From Phoronis australis (lineage: Eukaryota; Animalia; Phoronida): a stretch of DNA of 64,000 nucleotides. Below the pieces are notes generated by a model. It searched no databases. It worked only from the letters and a program-made list of their open reading frames with translations, and was not told the origin of the DNA. A program made the translations under genes and the position numbers. The DNA is taken from positions 1 through 64,000 of the forward strand of contig NMRA01000378.1 of NCBI GenBank assembly GCA_002633005.1. The letters run 5' to 3'. How positions within the stretch are numbered: the first letter of the stretch is position 1; each line of letters opens with the position of its first letter. Below, piece by piece: positions 12,851 through 28,167 of the stretch.

Positions 12851-13163
12851 CATAGGTGGATTTAGGGGGGGTGGGGCAGCCCCCCCCCCGCAAGCAAAAT
12901 GAAAGAGCAAGAGCGTGAAGCGTGAGGAAATATTGAGTTCAGTAACTAGGACCAGTAGCGGAAGAGGGGGGCTCAGACCCCAGATCGCGGCGGAATCGTG
13001 TTCCTGTTTTTTCTAGTCCACCGATAGATTTTCTGAACAGAAGGTCCAAAGGTCAGCATCCCCGGCCCCTGCAACTTTCAAGCCGCCTGTGTACATACAT
13101 ACATTTTGCCCAATTCCACGAGGCAACATGTTGGACCCCCCTTGTGGTATCCTAGATTCACTG
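12851..13163 (+). mobile_element. MITE of the CA(T/G)(A/T)GGCGGAT(T/C)TAGG family
   Basis: Begins CATAGGTGGATTTAGGGGG and ends ...TATCCTAGATTCACTG. The ends are shared with copies at ~33218, 34379 and 58798. Confidence 0.5.
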
Positions 13164-15268
13164 CACCGCCACGGACGATAGCCGCACAAATAAGAAGTTC
13201 ATGTTAATTCAACGTTTCGTCTATTTATTAGACATCATCAAGACAATCATATACAAAAGACAGCAAGTATCAACATACAGCTCAGGTAACATCCATAAGG
13301 TGGCACTGTACAGTTAGGCTGCGGCCGCGGCTAATTTGCACAGCCAAAATATTAAAATCTAGGGGTAGGCCAGGCTTGGGGGCATTTTTTAGTTAGGTAT
13401 TGTGAGTTGGCCAAGTGAATGTAGTGTGTTTGTATTTGTGAACATGATGAGAATAAAAAGGCCACTTTCTCGGCTGTAGCTGCACTCTTCTTCAAGATGG
13501 TGGTCCCCTGATGGAATTGTGCATGGCTGCGTAGTAAATGAGAAATTGGCCGCGATTTCAGGTAGCCCTCAAACAAGCCAGATTTACAAAAAACTAGTTG
13601 GTTGACAGTACTTTTGGACCACATTTTTGTAATCGGATGTTGGCTTTAGTCCATCATAGGCAGGGAAGTGGTTTTTTTGGGGTGAAAAGTGCCGATTGTG
13701 CATTTTTTGACTTCATTTTTCTTAGTCTAACTTGGTTTTTACTGGGTGTGAAAGGGTAAAAAATACAAGAGAATAAAGTTTTTGTGCTCATCTGTAGGGC
13801 TTGTGATGTGAAATGACTCAAAACGGACACATGACAAACGATTCTTGGCATTCACTAAGAATATAGCTCAAAGAAGTCGCCGTCAGGTAAAAGCAAAAAT
13901 ACACACAAAAATGCAGATGTGTGATTAAAAATTACTATGGAACCTTCTAAGTCATAGAATGAGACGTTTTCCATATTAGGACTTTCGATGGATGGTTTCA
14001 AATTATTTGACGAAGCGTTAAGACGAGCAAAATGGTTTTGGTAACAAATGATACCAAACGAAATGGGAAGAAACAGACTGGGCTTTACTGCCTCTCAATA
14101 CAGATCTGCATGGTACTTAGCGTCCATGAACTATGCACCTCTAATACCTATTAATCATCGAGTTTGACCGACTGAGAAGTGAACGTGAAGCGAAGACTTT
14201 GTCACTGATAACCATGCAAATCTCTCTGGGATAACTTATCTTTGACCAAACGCCCAGTGACAACGACGCAGGGATTGGTATTACTTTACAAATTTATTCA
14301 AAATAAAGACATGAAATAAACATGAATAAGCACACACTATTTACACACAATTTACACGTTCTTCCAACATGCATTACGCAAATACGTGACGGTACTCTCA
14401 AATTAAATCGCATACAATGGATGACAGCAGAAGAATAAACACTAATTAGGACACGTAGACTGACAATGAACACACTTTATACAGAACATTCACTATTTCA
14501 AACTATTTTGTAATATCAAATTGTGTCATAAGACCACCTGAGGACACAACACAACTGTGGAGTTCTAAATGTTCTGGATATCATGACTTATTTACAAATG
14601 ATCGTAAAACGAGAAAAGTTTTACAAGACAGAATGATTACCTGCGAGTGGTCAGTTGAGATTCAACTGAAAACACATAACGTACATGGTCCCTGGTTTTA
14701 TTTAATACTAAGTAAACACTACATGTGACACGTTGCGCTCACTCTTCATGCAAGAAGACAGCGCAAGCTCATTCTCTAATACACTATATCAACAAATCAC
14801 GCAAATATTCGACACCTTCGTATTGTCATGGTTACTAACAGCAGACTTCCACAAACAATAACTGATTCAGCTAATTGTCCTTCAGTATGTGCATGTCGTG
14901 CCGTGTTACATCCGTCCCTTCATGCGCAAGTTAAGAGGACTTTTGTTTAGCTTGACCTAACTAAAATGGACACGCTCAGTATTTACAAATAGAGGTGATC
15001 TCTGTTCAGATCACAGCCCCGGACATGTGCCCTGGCTCCTGGATAATTTACAGTTTCAGCCCATAGACTAAACCACTCTTTTCGGCAGAACATGTTTTTG
15101 TAAGAAGTTATTTACTGAGAGATGGATTAATCCCCATCACCATGTTCATACATGTACAAACAGCTTCGTGTACAAGCAGCAAGTGTGGCGGCGAGGTGAT
15201 AACCTTACAGAACAAGGTACATAGTGACATTCCCTCCTGACGTACAGGATGTAGACAGGAAGACGCAT

Positions 15269-18245
15269 TCAGGAGCAGGTCTGGGTACACAATGACGTCC
15301 CCAGGTGTGTGGTGTACATCAGAAGCAGATGTTCATGCTCCTCTCTCAGTTTCTTGATATCTACGGTTAACGTCTCATTCTTGGATTCCAATGCCACAAT
15401 TTCCTGACGAAATAAGGGGAGCGAAATGAATAGTCGTTACACATCATAAGAACCATTTCCTAGATATTAGAACAACGTCCGAACTAATGACACCATTTCC
15501 TGACGAAATAAGGGAGCGACATGAGCAGTGCTTATGCAACTTGAGAACCACGCCATTGACATTAAACAAATTTTGACGAAAGTACAAAAATGCATTACAT
15601 TCCGTTGGTGTAAATAATAATATCGTTTCAAACACAATTCGTACGTTCCCCTTACATGATTATCAAATACTTTAAAATTTTAAAAGAAAGCGCAACCAAA
15701 CATGTGAACTTAAAAGCAAAATTCATGAATCTGTGGTAAATACCAATTTATCACATATACGGAGATATCCAAATTTTCCTATAGCCCATTAGTCAAAAGA
15801 TCTATTAGCAATGTTCCCCCCTACGCATAATCAAACATGGTGTTGCACCATGTCAAAATGTTTTACACTACGTTTGGAAATCTGGAACCATTTTGAAAAG
15901 CTGTGAGACATGTTTGAAAAGAACGATTATTTTTACTTTTAATCCAAATGACTGAAATTGTGTGGTGTATTTTAATTATGAAGCAGTTAGAAAAATAGTG
16001 ACATGCCCAACATGAGAAAATAATTTGTAACTACGTAAATTACCAAAGAGGAAAATTTCTAAGGGAGAAAAATGATATGCAGTTTGAACACTGTTTCAAT
16101 GTTTCTATAGGCAGAACGCCGAATAGTACGAATACCCATTAGCACGAGGACTTAATAGTACAAAAAATTCCATTCCTCTGAAGGCCCACAGGGCCGAAGA
16201 CCCATCCTTCCGAAAATTTACCAATCATTAGACGATTTACCATCCATTCATCCGGGTTTTGCGACGTCGGGCAAATGGAGAATTTTCGAACAAATTGACC
16301 TTCAGACTTACGGCCGCAGCGTTTAAAACCCATCGCATACCCCGCTCATTACACCCTGTCCACCAGGCACTACAGCACTTAGCACAAAATACACGCACAC
16401 ATGTTTTATGTCCTAACAAAAAATATACAAAATATAAATCCTTAGTTAGCTCGACAGTTCAGATGTTTTTTGCTCAACATTATCAGTTTGTCTTGAAAAT
16501 TATGATCTCCTTATCCCCCAAAATAAACAGTTGATGGGTGTCATCTTGGAAATTCTGTCCCCGCTCCCGTGGTTACTTGATTATATTTTGGCGAAGGTGC
16601 GGCGGGAAAATCAGGATAATCAACAGTTTAGAGAATGGATTCTGAAAAAAATATCCCACTTGCAGACTGAGTTTCAAACTCTCAAAGGAAGCTCTTTTAT
16701 TGGGAATTAACTAAAAGGCATACTTTCACAGAGAATTGAGTTGGAAAACAAAGCCTTTCTTAGAGAAACTGGTCGCCAAACAATCCCCCGTCTATGGAGC
16801 CGCAAACTCCCCGTGTCACTAGAAGACTGGGGAAGTACCCCCCNCCCCCCCCCCCCCTCCGGCCATTATCGTATCTGAAGCGAAGCAACATACATTTCCA
16901 TTGACTGTTGAACGTAGGACAATAAGATGAAGTACACGCGCAGACCGAGAGCCTGACACAGCTTACAGGTGAGACAGAGCGCACGCGTAGACCAACTGCT
17001 GACAGAGTTTACAAATGAGACTACACGCAACTTACCTCCTTTAAACAGTCACACCTCTCCTTCTTTTTACTGCGACATTTTCGGGCGGCAAGCTTGTTTC
17101 TCTCCCGTCTTTCGTTTCTTTTTTCTTCAATGTCAGGCGTAATCTACAGCAGAAATAAACATTATAAGCCAGGCCATTAAACAGTCAGAATGCAATAAAA
17201 CAATATTAAGGAGTGCCTGTTGCCGATCCCCTCTCTCCTGACACGACGGTCATCACTATCGGTATAGTGCGCCACCTATTGAAAGATGCATCACAGCCAA
17301 AATTAGTAACAACGTCACCGCGCAACCAGGGCCGCAGTGAGTGATGCAGTGCTAAGCAGTGCCACTTGCCATCACCGCTGATATGATATACGCTACTGAT
17401 AAGGCGATAACTCGCACGACAGTGAGCGGTATATTTGTGTTCAGAAGTTTACAAATACCTTCAATGCGTGTAACGGTGCCTCTATATTCCTTTTCAGAAA
17501 ATAAAATGTTTAAGCTAATCAAATAGTGTGGCTCAAACGGGCATAAACAATGTTCACAGCAACTACGTAAAATAATAGCAAACTTTAAAACTCTAGGCAA
17601 CAGTAAGAGGGTCGTCGAAATTGTCTCCTTCACAAAAATCAAATTAAATCAAGTCTAACAGCGGTCACCGTAACGTCGGAGGAAATCTAGGCACAGTAAT
17701 ATAAAATAATATTCACAAATACGTCAAGGTGAAAATCTAAAAATGACGTATTGAACAGTTTTTTAAAGTGACAAGTGTATCATTTCGAAAAATGATCGAC
17801 TTAAACCGAATACGCGAAAATAGGCTCAATCGAAAAAATCGTTTCAGTCAGCTAACTGCGAAAAGACGTTATTGTTATTTGTTGATACGGGATTGTGTTT
17901 CATGATAAAAATGACTTGATGCCAACAAACCTTTTCAATAATTTTGGTTTAAAATAACAAAAAACATAAATATTGAAATTGAATAGTTTTACAATGTTGC
18001 GCTCTATCGGCAACCAATGACAATTAACATTATATCAGAATAGTTGATCAGGTTATTTTCATCGTATCTTTGATACCATATTTGTCTATCAATTGTACAA
18101 TCGATAGCGGACACCCCGGTTTCAACTTCCATGTACAGTGCACACATTCAAACATTACCATATTTGGAATTCGGAATCATCGACTGAGGTGATAACGGTA
18201 GTCGTTTGACAAGAGTTGGTTAACATGGTACGGACATCGTATGTA

Positions 18246-18310
<65 letters not shown>

Positions 18311-19823
18311 NCGCGCGCGCACACACACACACACACACAGAACAGTCACGTATGACGTACAAGACCCCAGACTGATTTGGAGGACTTATGGACCATGTTA
18401 GCTTTTTGTGCTTCGAAACTTCCAATTTTAATGAGCCGTTGGCAATCACAGAGCCCTCGTGAAGTTCTTTTTGCGCCAATAACGCAGGATGCGCTCCTAA
18501 AATTATCCCTGCACACATACGTACTACACACATGAAAAGCGACAATAATTTTGAATAATTCAGAGAACAGGCCTTGCGTTGTGTATAATTTGAAAGTACA
18601 GGCATTGCGCTGTGGATCATGTCAAAGACAATTATTTTTAAAACTGCACTACGTCGCTGATTTCAATGTTTGAAGTTCTTGATCAAAGCGCTTTGTGGCT
18701 TAAAACATCACTACGTTCACATACGCTTGAATTCTGGCAGGATGAGCCAGCAACTCAAGTCAAATACAAGGAGTGACCGAATACGAAATCTTAAGAGATT
18801 TGGCAACCCCAATAAAAACTGAAAGGTTTTCTTGAGTCGCTGATGTCACTAAGGCTGTGACCAACAGTAACGGGGATTGAATCCTATCACGGTACGGAAC
18901 ATTAGGTAAACAATTTTGCGGGGGTAATAAGTTTTATAGGATTTTGTACTTTAGCCAGCTAAACACGGCGAAGTACAGTCTCATAAGATAACATGTTTGT
19001 CATTGAATCCTTGTTTAGAGAAGTTCACCGCGTGCTCTACCAGGAGTGAACAAAAAGACAGTTTTGGACATTGTGCGGTTGATAGTGTTTTACGGCAACC
19101 TATCTTATTTATCACAGCATCCTTAACAATTACCTCGTCGGGTTCTTCAGGCTTCAAGTCAATAGAAGGCTCTTCAAGACCGTTCTTCTGTCTCTTAGCC
19201 AGTATTGCACTTTTTAGGCCTACTTTAATGATTGGGCTTAAATCCCCACCCGTTAACGTCTCCAAAGCAACTGACGCCAGGTTGTAGTCGAAGACAGTGT
19301 CCTGAGTCAGTTCTGGGCTGGATTCGGCCCCAGGGACCAGTTGGACGGACTCCTTATTTGCTTCGAGCAGTCGAATACTGTTTAATGAATCTAGTTCACA
19401 CCAGTTAGAATTGTCAATGTTTAATTTGTCGTCAAATGACTCGAGCATTACATCATGGTGAGGCTGCAGACTAGGTACAATGGGGACGCTTTCTTCCTCG
19501 CCATGCAATGGTCCCAGAAGAGAGGTGTTCCAGTCATACTCTAGCTGGGTTAAGTCTCCACAGCTGTCTTCCTGCTGGCGTTCTATGACCTCAGTAGTCA
19601 TAACTGTATCCGGCACACTGACTTTGTCATATGGAAATAGTTTACTTTCAAAAACTGGAGTGTTCAGGTCCTCCACAACAGACGAGATGAGAATTTTGCT
19701 AAGCACGTCGTTGTCTAGGATACTGTAGTTATGGTCACTGGAATGGTTGTCAACTGGTGCAATAACGGGTGACTCGAACGTAACTGTTGGTAAAGTTTTT
19801 ACGTCAGAGGATTTGAGAGTCAT
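15269..19823 (-). CDS. ATF3: ATF3/JDP2-like bZIP transcription factor (3 coding exons)
   Basis: Exon 19823-19134 has the ATG after a CAG| acceptor and contains LSPIIKVGLKSAILAKR, resembling ATF3 LTPFVKEELRFAIQNK. Exon 17143-17036 encodes ITPDIEEKRNERRERNKLAARKCRSKKKERCDCLKE. Exon 15403-15269 encodes the zipper EIVALESKNETLTVDIKKLREEHEHL...THLGTSLC. Both introns are GT-AG phase 0. A non-coding exon donor lies at 20442 and AATAAA (minus strand) at ~14293. Confidence 0.85.
18247..18338. repeat. (CA)n microsatellite in ATF3-like intron
   Basis: Long AC run interrupted by a short CG run and one N. Confidence 0.95.
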
Positions 19824-20987
19824 ACCTGGCAAAATAAAGGGGAGGATACGCACATTAATAGAGCTTCGTTTCGACAACATTAACAAGTTCGCAATACTTT
19901 GACAAGGCATTGAGTTAGTTGTTAAACTGCCTTACAACACGGCAGTTAAAGTTGTTGCTCACCCATATTTTAACACATATATAATCCATCATGTCACAAC
20001 ATCGATCTAAGCTGGCACTGTCCAGGGGATTTAATAATATCCAGTAAGATGAGTTCGGTATGCTCAAACGTCACTTTCACGCACTTGCCCTCGAGCGCAT
20101 GAAACTGCCGCGTAACAATTGATGAGTGGTCGATAGGTCGACATGTTCTAAATCGCTATCTACGGACAGCCGCTGTCTCAATGCCAGTATTAAAAGCGAA
20201 CACGTGTGAAAAATGCAAACATCCAATAGACTGGTTTAACCGTTTTCATCAAGTTTCACATTGATGTCCCAGATCATGATAATACGCCCACATACTCAAT
20301 ACACAAACAGTAGCATGCCACAATGACCGAGATTAGTGTGGGGAATCCGACTGAACAATTAAAGAAATGTCGTTAAAAAATACAGCCCATGACATAAATA
20401 TGATGTGTGAACAAATCCAAATGCATTTCCATATGTCTTACCTGTGGATGTTCAATCTGGTGCAGACAAGCAGATAAAACGCAGCAAAACACTTTTCATA
20501 AGCAACTCTCGACTGACGTGGAGCTCGGAATGTTGTGGGTAATATGATGTCGTCATATATGCCGCGTTCATTTCGTGCTATTTTTAGTAACAAGGGTTGC
20601 TCAATCGCCACACGTGATCATCTGCTGCACCGTACGCATGCGCTGGGGTGACGAAATGACATCATTGTCATCATCGCGCATGCTCTCCACAGGTACACAC
20701 AACAATGCAGTGGCAAGATTCAATACAAACATGACACGGTTAACGAATATCGTTTATGCAAATAAACGACACGACTAAAATCGGCTGGTGATTTCGCCTG
20801 ATGGGATTGCCGAGGTCATATGAAACGTCACTAAGAACCCGCTGACTGATCAGCTATGGTGGTTCTCCAGTCATTATTTCAACAGGTGAATCACGCATTA
20901 CCGACCAAACTGAATAACCTTTACAAAGTGAGAACTAAACGGTAGATGTTGAGTATTTAGTTGTGCCTCGGTCTCCGAATATACTGG

Positions 20988-21000
20988 CCACACACACTCT

Positions 21001-21031
<31 letters not shown>
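20988..21031. repeat. (CA)n microsatellite
   Basis: Direct reading. Confidence 0.9.
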
Positions 21032-21035
<4 letters not shown>

Positions 21036-24000
21036 CACTGGTGAAAACTCACAGTAGTTTGATTGGCTCGCTGCGGGTTGTCCACAAATTCACTATAAAT
21101 GCGACTTACCTTGACCAAATGAAGAACATGATTGTTCAACAACTGATTGCATAAGAAACGAGGCAAATCGGCGAGCTCAACTTGATTATAGCTGTGTTGG
21201 CCACGCGTGCAATGTGAGTCACACCACAGCCAGCTCAAGGTGGTGGTGAATCGTTGACCTATATCCAACATGCCACTTTTTACACTGAACACAAGACACT
21301 GGGCAACACGTTCTCAGCAGCCGGTAGGGCTTCTATAAGATATCACACAGTACACGTACGGTATGAAGTGCCAGTTTCAACCGTACGCCTAGTCGTATAA
21401 ACCCTGTGGTTAAGTGGCATATCATGTATTTTGTTGACTGACAACGAATTAAGGCACGTAGAACAGAATTCGATTTGATAGGTCAACTTGATCTCAAATC
21501 CGGGCATGAAACTATAGGCAAATGCGGAAACTAAAACGATGTTTTAGTTAAACGGCTTAGCCTTGCAACAAAAATTAAGAAAAATTTCCACGTTTTACGT
21601 ATAGTAAAAACAAGACAATAGATGAATTACTGCAAATACAATACCACAGTACAAATTTAGTGAGAAAAAACAGTACAGTGTGAGATCCACTACTGACTGA
21701 AGCAGGCCGCGGGACTGGCGCACGGGAGTCGGCATTATAGCCGGGAATAGTCCCGTAAGGGAGCCAGAGAAGCCTCGGGCCCCAGAAACATTTAGAGAAT
21801 TCGCTGAAGTTTCATTTGTTGCATTGGAAAGGCCTCCCGGAATGCTGTTTATTAAAACATAATAATAGTCGCCTTTATTGGTCCTAGTGGCGCACTACGA
21901 AAAAATTTCGATGTTATGTAATGACCTGTTTTTGTGCTGTTCTTGTTTTTTTCTAACGAAAAGTCTTCAAATAGTTCATAAAAATAATTTATCTAGTGCA
22001 CAGGATAATAGGCCTCTGGCAGCTAACGGCTTGTGGCTGGGTGTCAAGTTCCAAGTTTACTATTTCTACTTCTAGTGACAACAGGGGGTTGGTAAGGTGA
22101 TACTTCAGTTCTAGGTGATAAAGAGAACCTCACTACGAGGGCTGTACAGGTGTAGCTGGAGACCAGGCGAGCTTTTCTCGTGTAGGCCCTATTGCCGATC
22201 TCCTCGGGGATTCGCGCACGGATGAGAATTAATCACTACATAAATCCGGCCGGGTATAGGTTAGGTTTCATCCCTTTCAGTTCAACACCCATATACTACA
22301 TGGTAAGCCACGGCAGTTCCAAAATTGCATGGGTTTGCATAACTGATGCATTCACACTGTGCAGCAGTAAATAATAAAAATGGCCAAACTTACATTTTTT
22401 CACAAACAAAATTTCTCTTTAATTTTCAGTTTTTAGAACATTCTTGTTATTATATACATTCAATCAGATCGTGTCAGTTTTTCGAGTCTTTTGGCGCTAG
22501 CGATATTTCCTGGTACAAATTTAAACACCCCGTGTCCCCGGGCCCGATTCAGTCGTGGGACGGACGGCGCGCCGGGTCACCGTCCACCTGGTGGTATATA
22601 CATTCCGAAGCCCTTGCTTTTAGGTATCCCCGCCGTGCCCGCGGCGACAACGGTCGACGAGCGACGTCACCCCTGGCTCAATTCAAGGACGACGTCCCTG
22701 CACCATGGGGTACGTCGCAGTATTGGTTTATTCGCTATCATCATATATTAGCAAACACAAATCTGCATACCGAGCAATAAGTATGACGGAGGCGAAAATG
22801 GCAGGCCTCTCCTGCATCACGCCGCAACTCACACAGATTTGGGCCCGGTTGTCCGGAATCCTCATAATCTGTACCGCCAACGTACGGTGTTAGAGTGACA
22901 CTAAATACCACTGAACACGCCCTAACCCCCGGCAGGAGTCTAATCAGGCTAACCCGATTCTAACGATTCTGCATAACTATAACACTGATTGAAAGCTTCC
23001 AATCACATATTAGCAGCACATCAGCGATTCTTCAAAACAACAAATGTAAACATGCATGCCACGGAGAATTGTACGACGTCAGACACTTTTCTTGGCGTAG
23101 TACCTCAAAATCCAACTCAGTGCTGCCACCTGGTGGTTGGTAATTGGCCCATTATGTTGCACATCCAGCTGCAATTATTTACAAACTTTCAAAACGAAAG
23201 TTTCACAGTCAGCAGGCTGTCGATCTAAAACGATCATTCTGTGGTCGCCGAAGTTGGCCCAATCTCGAGCGATCACGGAACGTCGGAATTCTTTTCATGC
23301 AATCACAGCTAGAGGACAGACACTTTTTACCATGATCTCCAACTAGTACGTGCTTTTGAGCTTCCCTCTGAAAAAAATTGACACCAAAATGCCAATCCGG
23401 TTCTTCATTCGACGCTTAACTAGTCATAAGTTATCGTGCCCGGCTAGCACTAAGCACGTTTCCGGAGACGCAATTTGTCGTATTTTGTTCATTTCCTTTG
23501 ACTAGACTAGGGTACAACAAATAGAACATCTCTGGAAAGATGGGCAAAAACAAACCGCCACGAAACTGATATTTAATTGAAAACAGGTTACATGTATGTC
23601 TCACTTTGAGGTACAACGCCAAATGAGAGAAAATGGGGAGACACTGGCAGGAAGAGTCCAATTGCTCACACATACATGTAGTGTACGAATGAATTACCGG
23701 CATATATTAGTAAACAATTTGCAGTGACAAATAACATGTACATGTCTGAACACACGTACCGACACGCTTAAGCGCTCAAAACCAGGCAGTGACGTCCACT
23801 CCACGTACCCGAGATCGGGCACCCCGGCACCGCTGCTGACGCGAGTCGCTCCCCATGGACATGGGCTCACTCCCCACACTGGCCACTGAGGAGCAGGTAA
23901 TGGGGGATGTCCCACACCCATTGAATACCCAAGACCCTGTTTTGTGTTGACAAATGGGGTACTTTGTGGGAATGGTCGCGTGACGTTCAGTCACTCGTAA

Positions 24001-27000
24001 ACGTTGAAACGTAGGTGATTCTGCAAAGCAGTGCCCTCACGGAGCGACTTATGGGGGAAGGTAAAAACGCTTAACAAAAACTGACCCCACCACGATAAGA
24101 ACGTGCGAATAGCACACATTTTATGAGGCAAAATTGTTTTCACCCCCCTTCCTCCACACAGACCTCAAGCAAATGAATTCATTCAGTTTTGAAAGGGGAA
24201 CTCAGAAGCTGAAAAGACATGTTTCTTGAAGTTTCAAATTCACAGCATAACCCTGGCCAGAGCCTACGTTGGAAAAACTTATTAAGGGGTCACGTGCCCC
24301 CTACTTCTACAATTACGCCAAAATATTAGTTTAGTGATCAATGTTCACGAATAACCGTGGACTGTCTCGGTTATGTACATATGCATTAGTGATGGCATTG
24401 CACTGAGCACTGTTCTTACACCTATGTAGTAGACGGTCAATCCCTCAACACCAGTCACAGCCGATCTACACATTCGTAATGCCTTTCACGACGAGCGTGC
24501 ACTAGTTTTATTTAGGCCTATAGAGCTTTGTTTTATTAAGAAATACTCCGGCATGAATTTCAATCAACCGTGAATACAGTATATTACTCAGAAATAGGCT
24601 GTATTTGTAAATACACATACGATTGTGAACATCAGACTTTAATGATTCAGCATACCAGATTCGTGGTTCTTCAAAATACGTAGTGTTCTTGATTTGTGGG
24701 CGAAGATTTACTTGATTCGAAACATGTGAACGTTGGAAATACGATTTACAGCAATGTCTGATGCATGTACTCCGCCTTGGACTGAATTTTCAAATAGGAA
24801 GACATAAATATCATTCATAAACACACCCAAGTGACTCAAGTCAAGAACCGAACACTGACTTTTTGATTCATATCTTTTTATTCATTACACTCTTAAAGTC
24901 ACCCACATTGGACCGACATGTTTCCCATTTAATTTCAAAACAGGTAGAACATGCATAGAATAGTCAGTTATGATATCACCGAGCCCAATGACAGTTTTCA
25001 CTTGAATTAGGCAGACAGTAGAAGCAGTATCCAGTCTGTAACACTCAGCCTTTACCCCGAGTATGGCACAGTGACGTCAATTTCCAACTAAAAGATCAAC
25101 AATGATTTTTTGACAAACTTTGGCAAAAGGTTTCGTTAGAAATTTGTGTTCTTCGCCCATCTGCACCGGAGATAGGACAATAGGCAGCAAACTTATTTCC
25201 AAACTTCAGCACACGACAAGTATCCAGAGGACAGGTAGATCTGAAGGATGGTATCAAAGGTTTCATAAATTACAACTCACATACCAGCATTACCATCATG
25301 CTTACATTGGTTGCATGGCCATCCATAGTCAGTCACACAACATCAATTCCTGCATTGTGAACAGCATGCAAGTGGTGCTTTACAAGTACCTTTTGAGTTT
25401 GAGGTTTCAAGCTACTGGAGAGGTATGTGCTTTCCAATGAGACTTGAGATCAGCTAGCATAAACACTAGGGCTTCAGAGGCCACACAGTTCTCATTTGGA
25501 CCATCTCACAGATCAACAAACCCTATAGTCTCTGCGTTGGAGGCGTCATGGTTCAGGAGTTTCTTTACTGACACTGCAGCTATTGTAAAACACACGTGGC
25601 CAAACTTGGCAGGACTTTTTGTTTATAAAATTCTTCTAAACCTCCAGCATGGAACTGTTGAGACCAAGTTTCGAATCAACAGAGCTTATCCACCTGTGGA
25701 AAAACAGAATTCAAAGCTGTTTATTACATGTACATTTCATACATAAATACAAAATTAAACCTTGATACAGTGCATACAACAGCCCAAGCTGAAATAGTTA
25801 CCAGCAGATATTTGTGCAGGTATACTGCTGATATTGTAAATAGGAACCTGGTCTGCAAATCCCAAATTTAAATACATGTGGCTTTGACTTTTTACATGTG
25901 GGTAACCACTGACTCAACAACCCAAACAACAATGATAATGAAGATATCGGCACAGGCCTCCATCCAATTAAATATTGTAAATTCAATAAAAGCGGTTTCC
26001 AAGATCCAGCTACTAATGAATGGATTGATCATCAGACAATTGACCTACAGTATCTGAACAGCTCACAGCCAATGCGCTTGTGAACTGAATGGTAATTACT
26101 GCAAAAATCGAAACATTGGGAAGGATGAAATTCACTTCAGTAATTCAGTCACAATTAGCTGGCCCAGGGTAAAATATGTGAATGAGGGAAAGGTTGCTTT
26201 AGATCTATGGAAGTGAAGTTCCATGGAAATTAAGTAGTGCTCCTCATACGCGTATGTGGAATCTCTGGCAACAAAATGAACAGGGACGTCTGGAATAACT
26301 TCCAACATATTTAGTGAGGAAATTAATCACAAAAGGGCAAAAACAAGCAACATAATCCCTTATTCCAGACTGCATAAAATGTCCTTATCTGCACCAGAGT
26401 ATTTCTTGTGCAATGTACAAGCTATTATTTCCACCAGTCTCAAGGCCTTTCATAATTTCAGTATACGTGATACTACTACATAAAGCAAACTTTGCGGCAT
26501 TAATAGTGCAACAAGAACATTAATGTTGTTGCATATTCATAGCTGATAATACAGCCGTCAGAACTACTTTTTTGTATTTCCTCTTAGGAAAGACAACCAG
26601 TATCATCTCTAGAGAAAATAACCCAGGCAATGCTGTCAGAATTATGGTATTTGGCAGGCTATATTCTTTAGAATTACAGTTACCATAATAGTCTAAACTC
26701 ATCTCCTAAAATAGTATCGAACATGGCTCGAATTCTGTACTGGTGTTAGTGTCATCAAATAACTGAAAACCCCTTACAAATGACAATTGAACCAAATATA
26801 TACCACAAATGATTTCTATGAATGTATCTGTTAAATACCATATAAAATTTTGTTCCAACAAATTTGATGAAAATTAAGGTGAAAAAAATGTTTTAAGTGT
26901 GCAAACACACGAAACCTAAATGATACAACTATCTCCTTTGGCCATCTAGTCGTGAATGAGTCATTGCGAGGGTAAACATACATGTATTACTACGCCAAAC

Positions 27001-28167
27001 ACAGAAATCATAACCTCTGGGTCCTAACTCCCAATGGAAACCATGTTGTATTTAGTCAATATAAGCAAATAAAATCGCTGATAGTTACAGCAAAGTTTGA
27101 AATATCACATTCTTTTATTAATTCAATGAAATTTTACCAAGTGATTTTTAACACGTCTTGTTCTGATCGTCAGTTCAACCTACTGCCTGTCCGGTGGTAC
27201 AAGTAGCAGAAGATTTGTTTAAATGCACGTCTTAAAAATAGTTCACGCGATATGTATGATAAATATACACTCATGTACATATGCTTCGCCCTCATTTAAA
27301 TCGGCTTGCATATCACGTACGTATCTTGATATAATAACCCACACTTATCATCACGTCTATGTTTCCAACAACAAACCAAAGGTGAACATTGCAATCTTTA
27401 TAACAAACCTGTGAGTTCCTGTTTGGTGAGATTCTTCTCTCTTAAGACTGTCACGACATTTCTCAATGTTTTTTAATCTGCCTTTCTCTGTCCTTTGTGT
27501 TCCGTAGCTGCTTTTCGAGTTCTTCAATTCTCTTTTGTGGAGAAAACATTCAAGCCCTTACGTCATGTGAATACGAGGATGAGTTACTGTGACCCTGCAG
27601 CACAAAAAAAACAAATTGCTTAGGATTGGCAACATCATTTTCATCGTATTGTGGGTGATTAGAGACTTCACTGCCAATTATTCAAAACCTTCAAACTCAA
27701 TACTGAGATTTGTAATTGAATAAAGCCAAAATTAAACAAATGCCTGACCTCAGTTTTCTCAGTCTTATGAGCAAGAAACTGTCAGAATCAATACTATAAG
27801 TGTACTTTTCATATTGGCGCTCTCTAGAATGAGATCAGGAAAGAGATTTCCCATTGACACCGACTCATACTTTAAAAAAAATAGAGGAATAGATCCCACC
27901 GTCACCCCTTCTCATTTTTTGGTAGTTCAAGTTCACTAATTATTATAGCTTTCCGACAGAGGCTAGGATCGAAAATCTCCTGTCTTATCAGTCGCAGCCA
28001 CCTAGTTGCCGCGGATATTATCTTGGCAGGGGGATATGTATTGAACACGATGTCCTTGTTCATCCACTGATATTTCAAAAGGTTTGCTTTTTTGGTAAGA
28101 CAATACTACATCCCACCACACAGCAGTGGAAATTTGCCAGCATTATGATGGTTGGAAAGGTGTTTAA

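Noticed and set aside
18155-18620. ORFs with CV/HT repeats
   Set aside because: Translation of the (CA)n microsatellite.
18981-19133. C-terminal part of the 309-aa ORF (and its first 29 codons, 19826-19910)
   Set aside because: Intron read-through; splice sites at 19825 and 19134 bound the true ATF3-like exon.
22346-23994. GC-rich ORFs upstream of ATF3
   Set aside because: No recognisable protein motifs or consistent exon chain; likely repeat or regulatory DNA.
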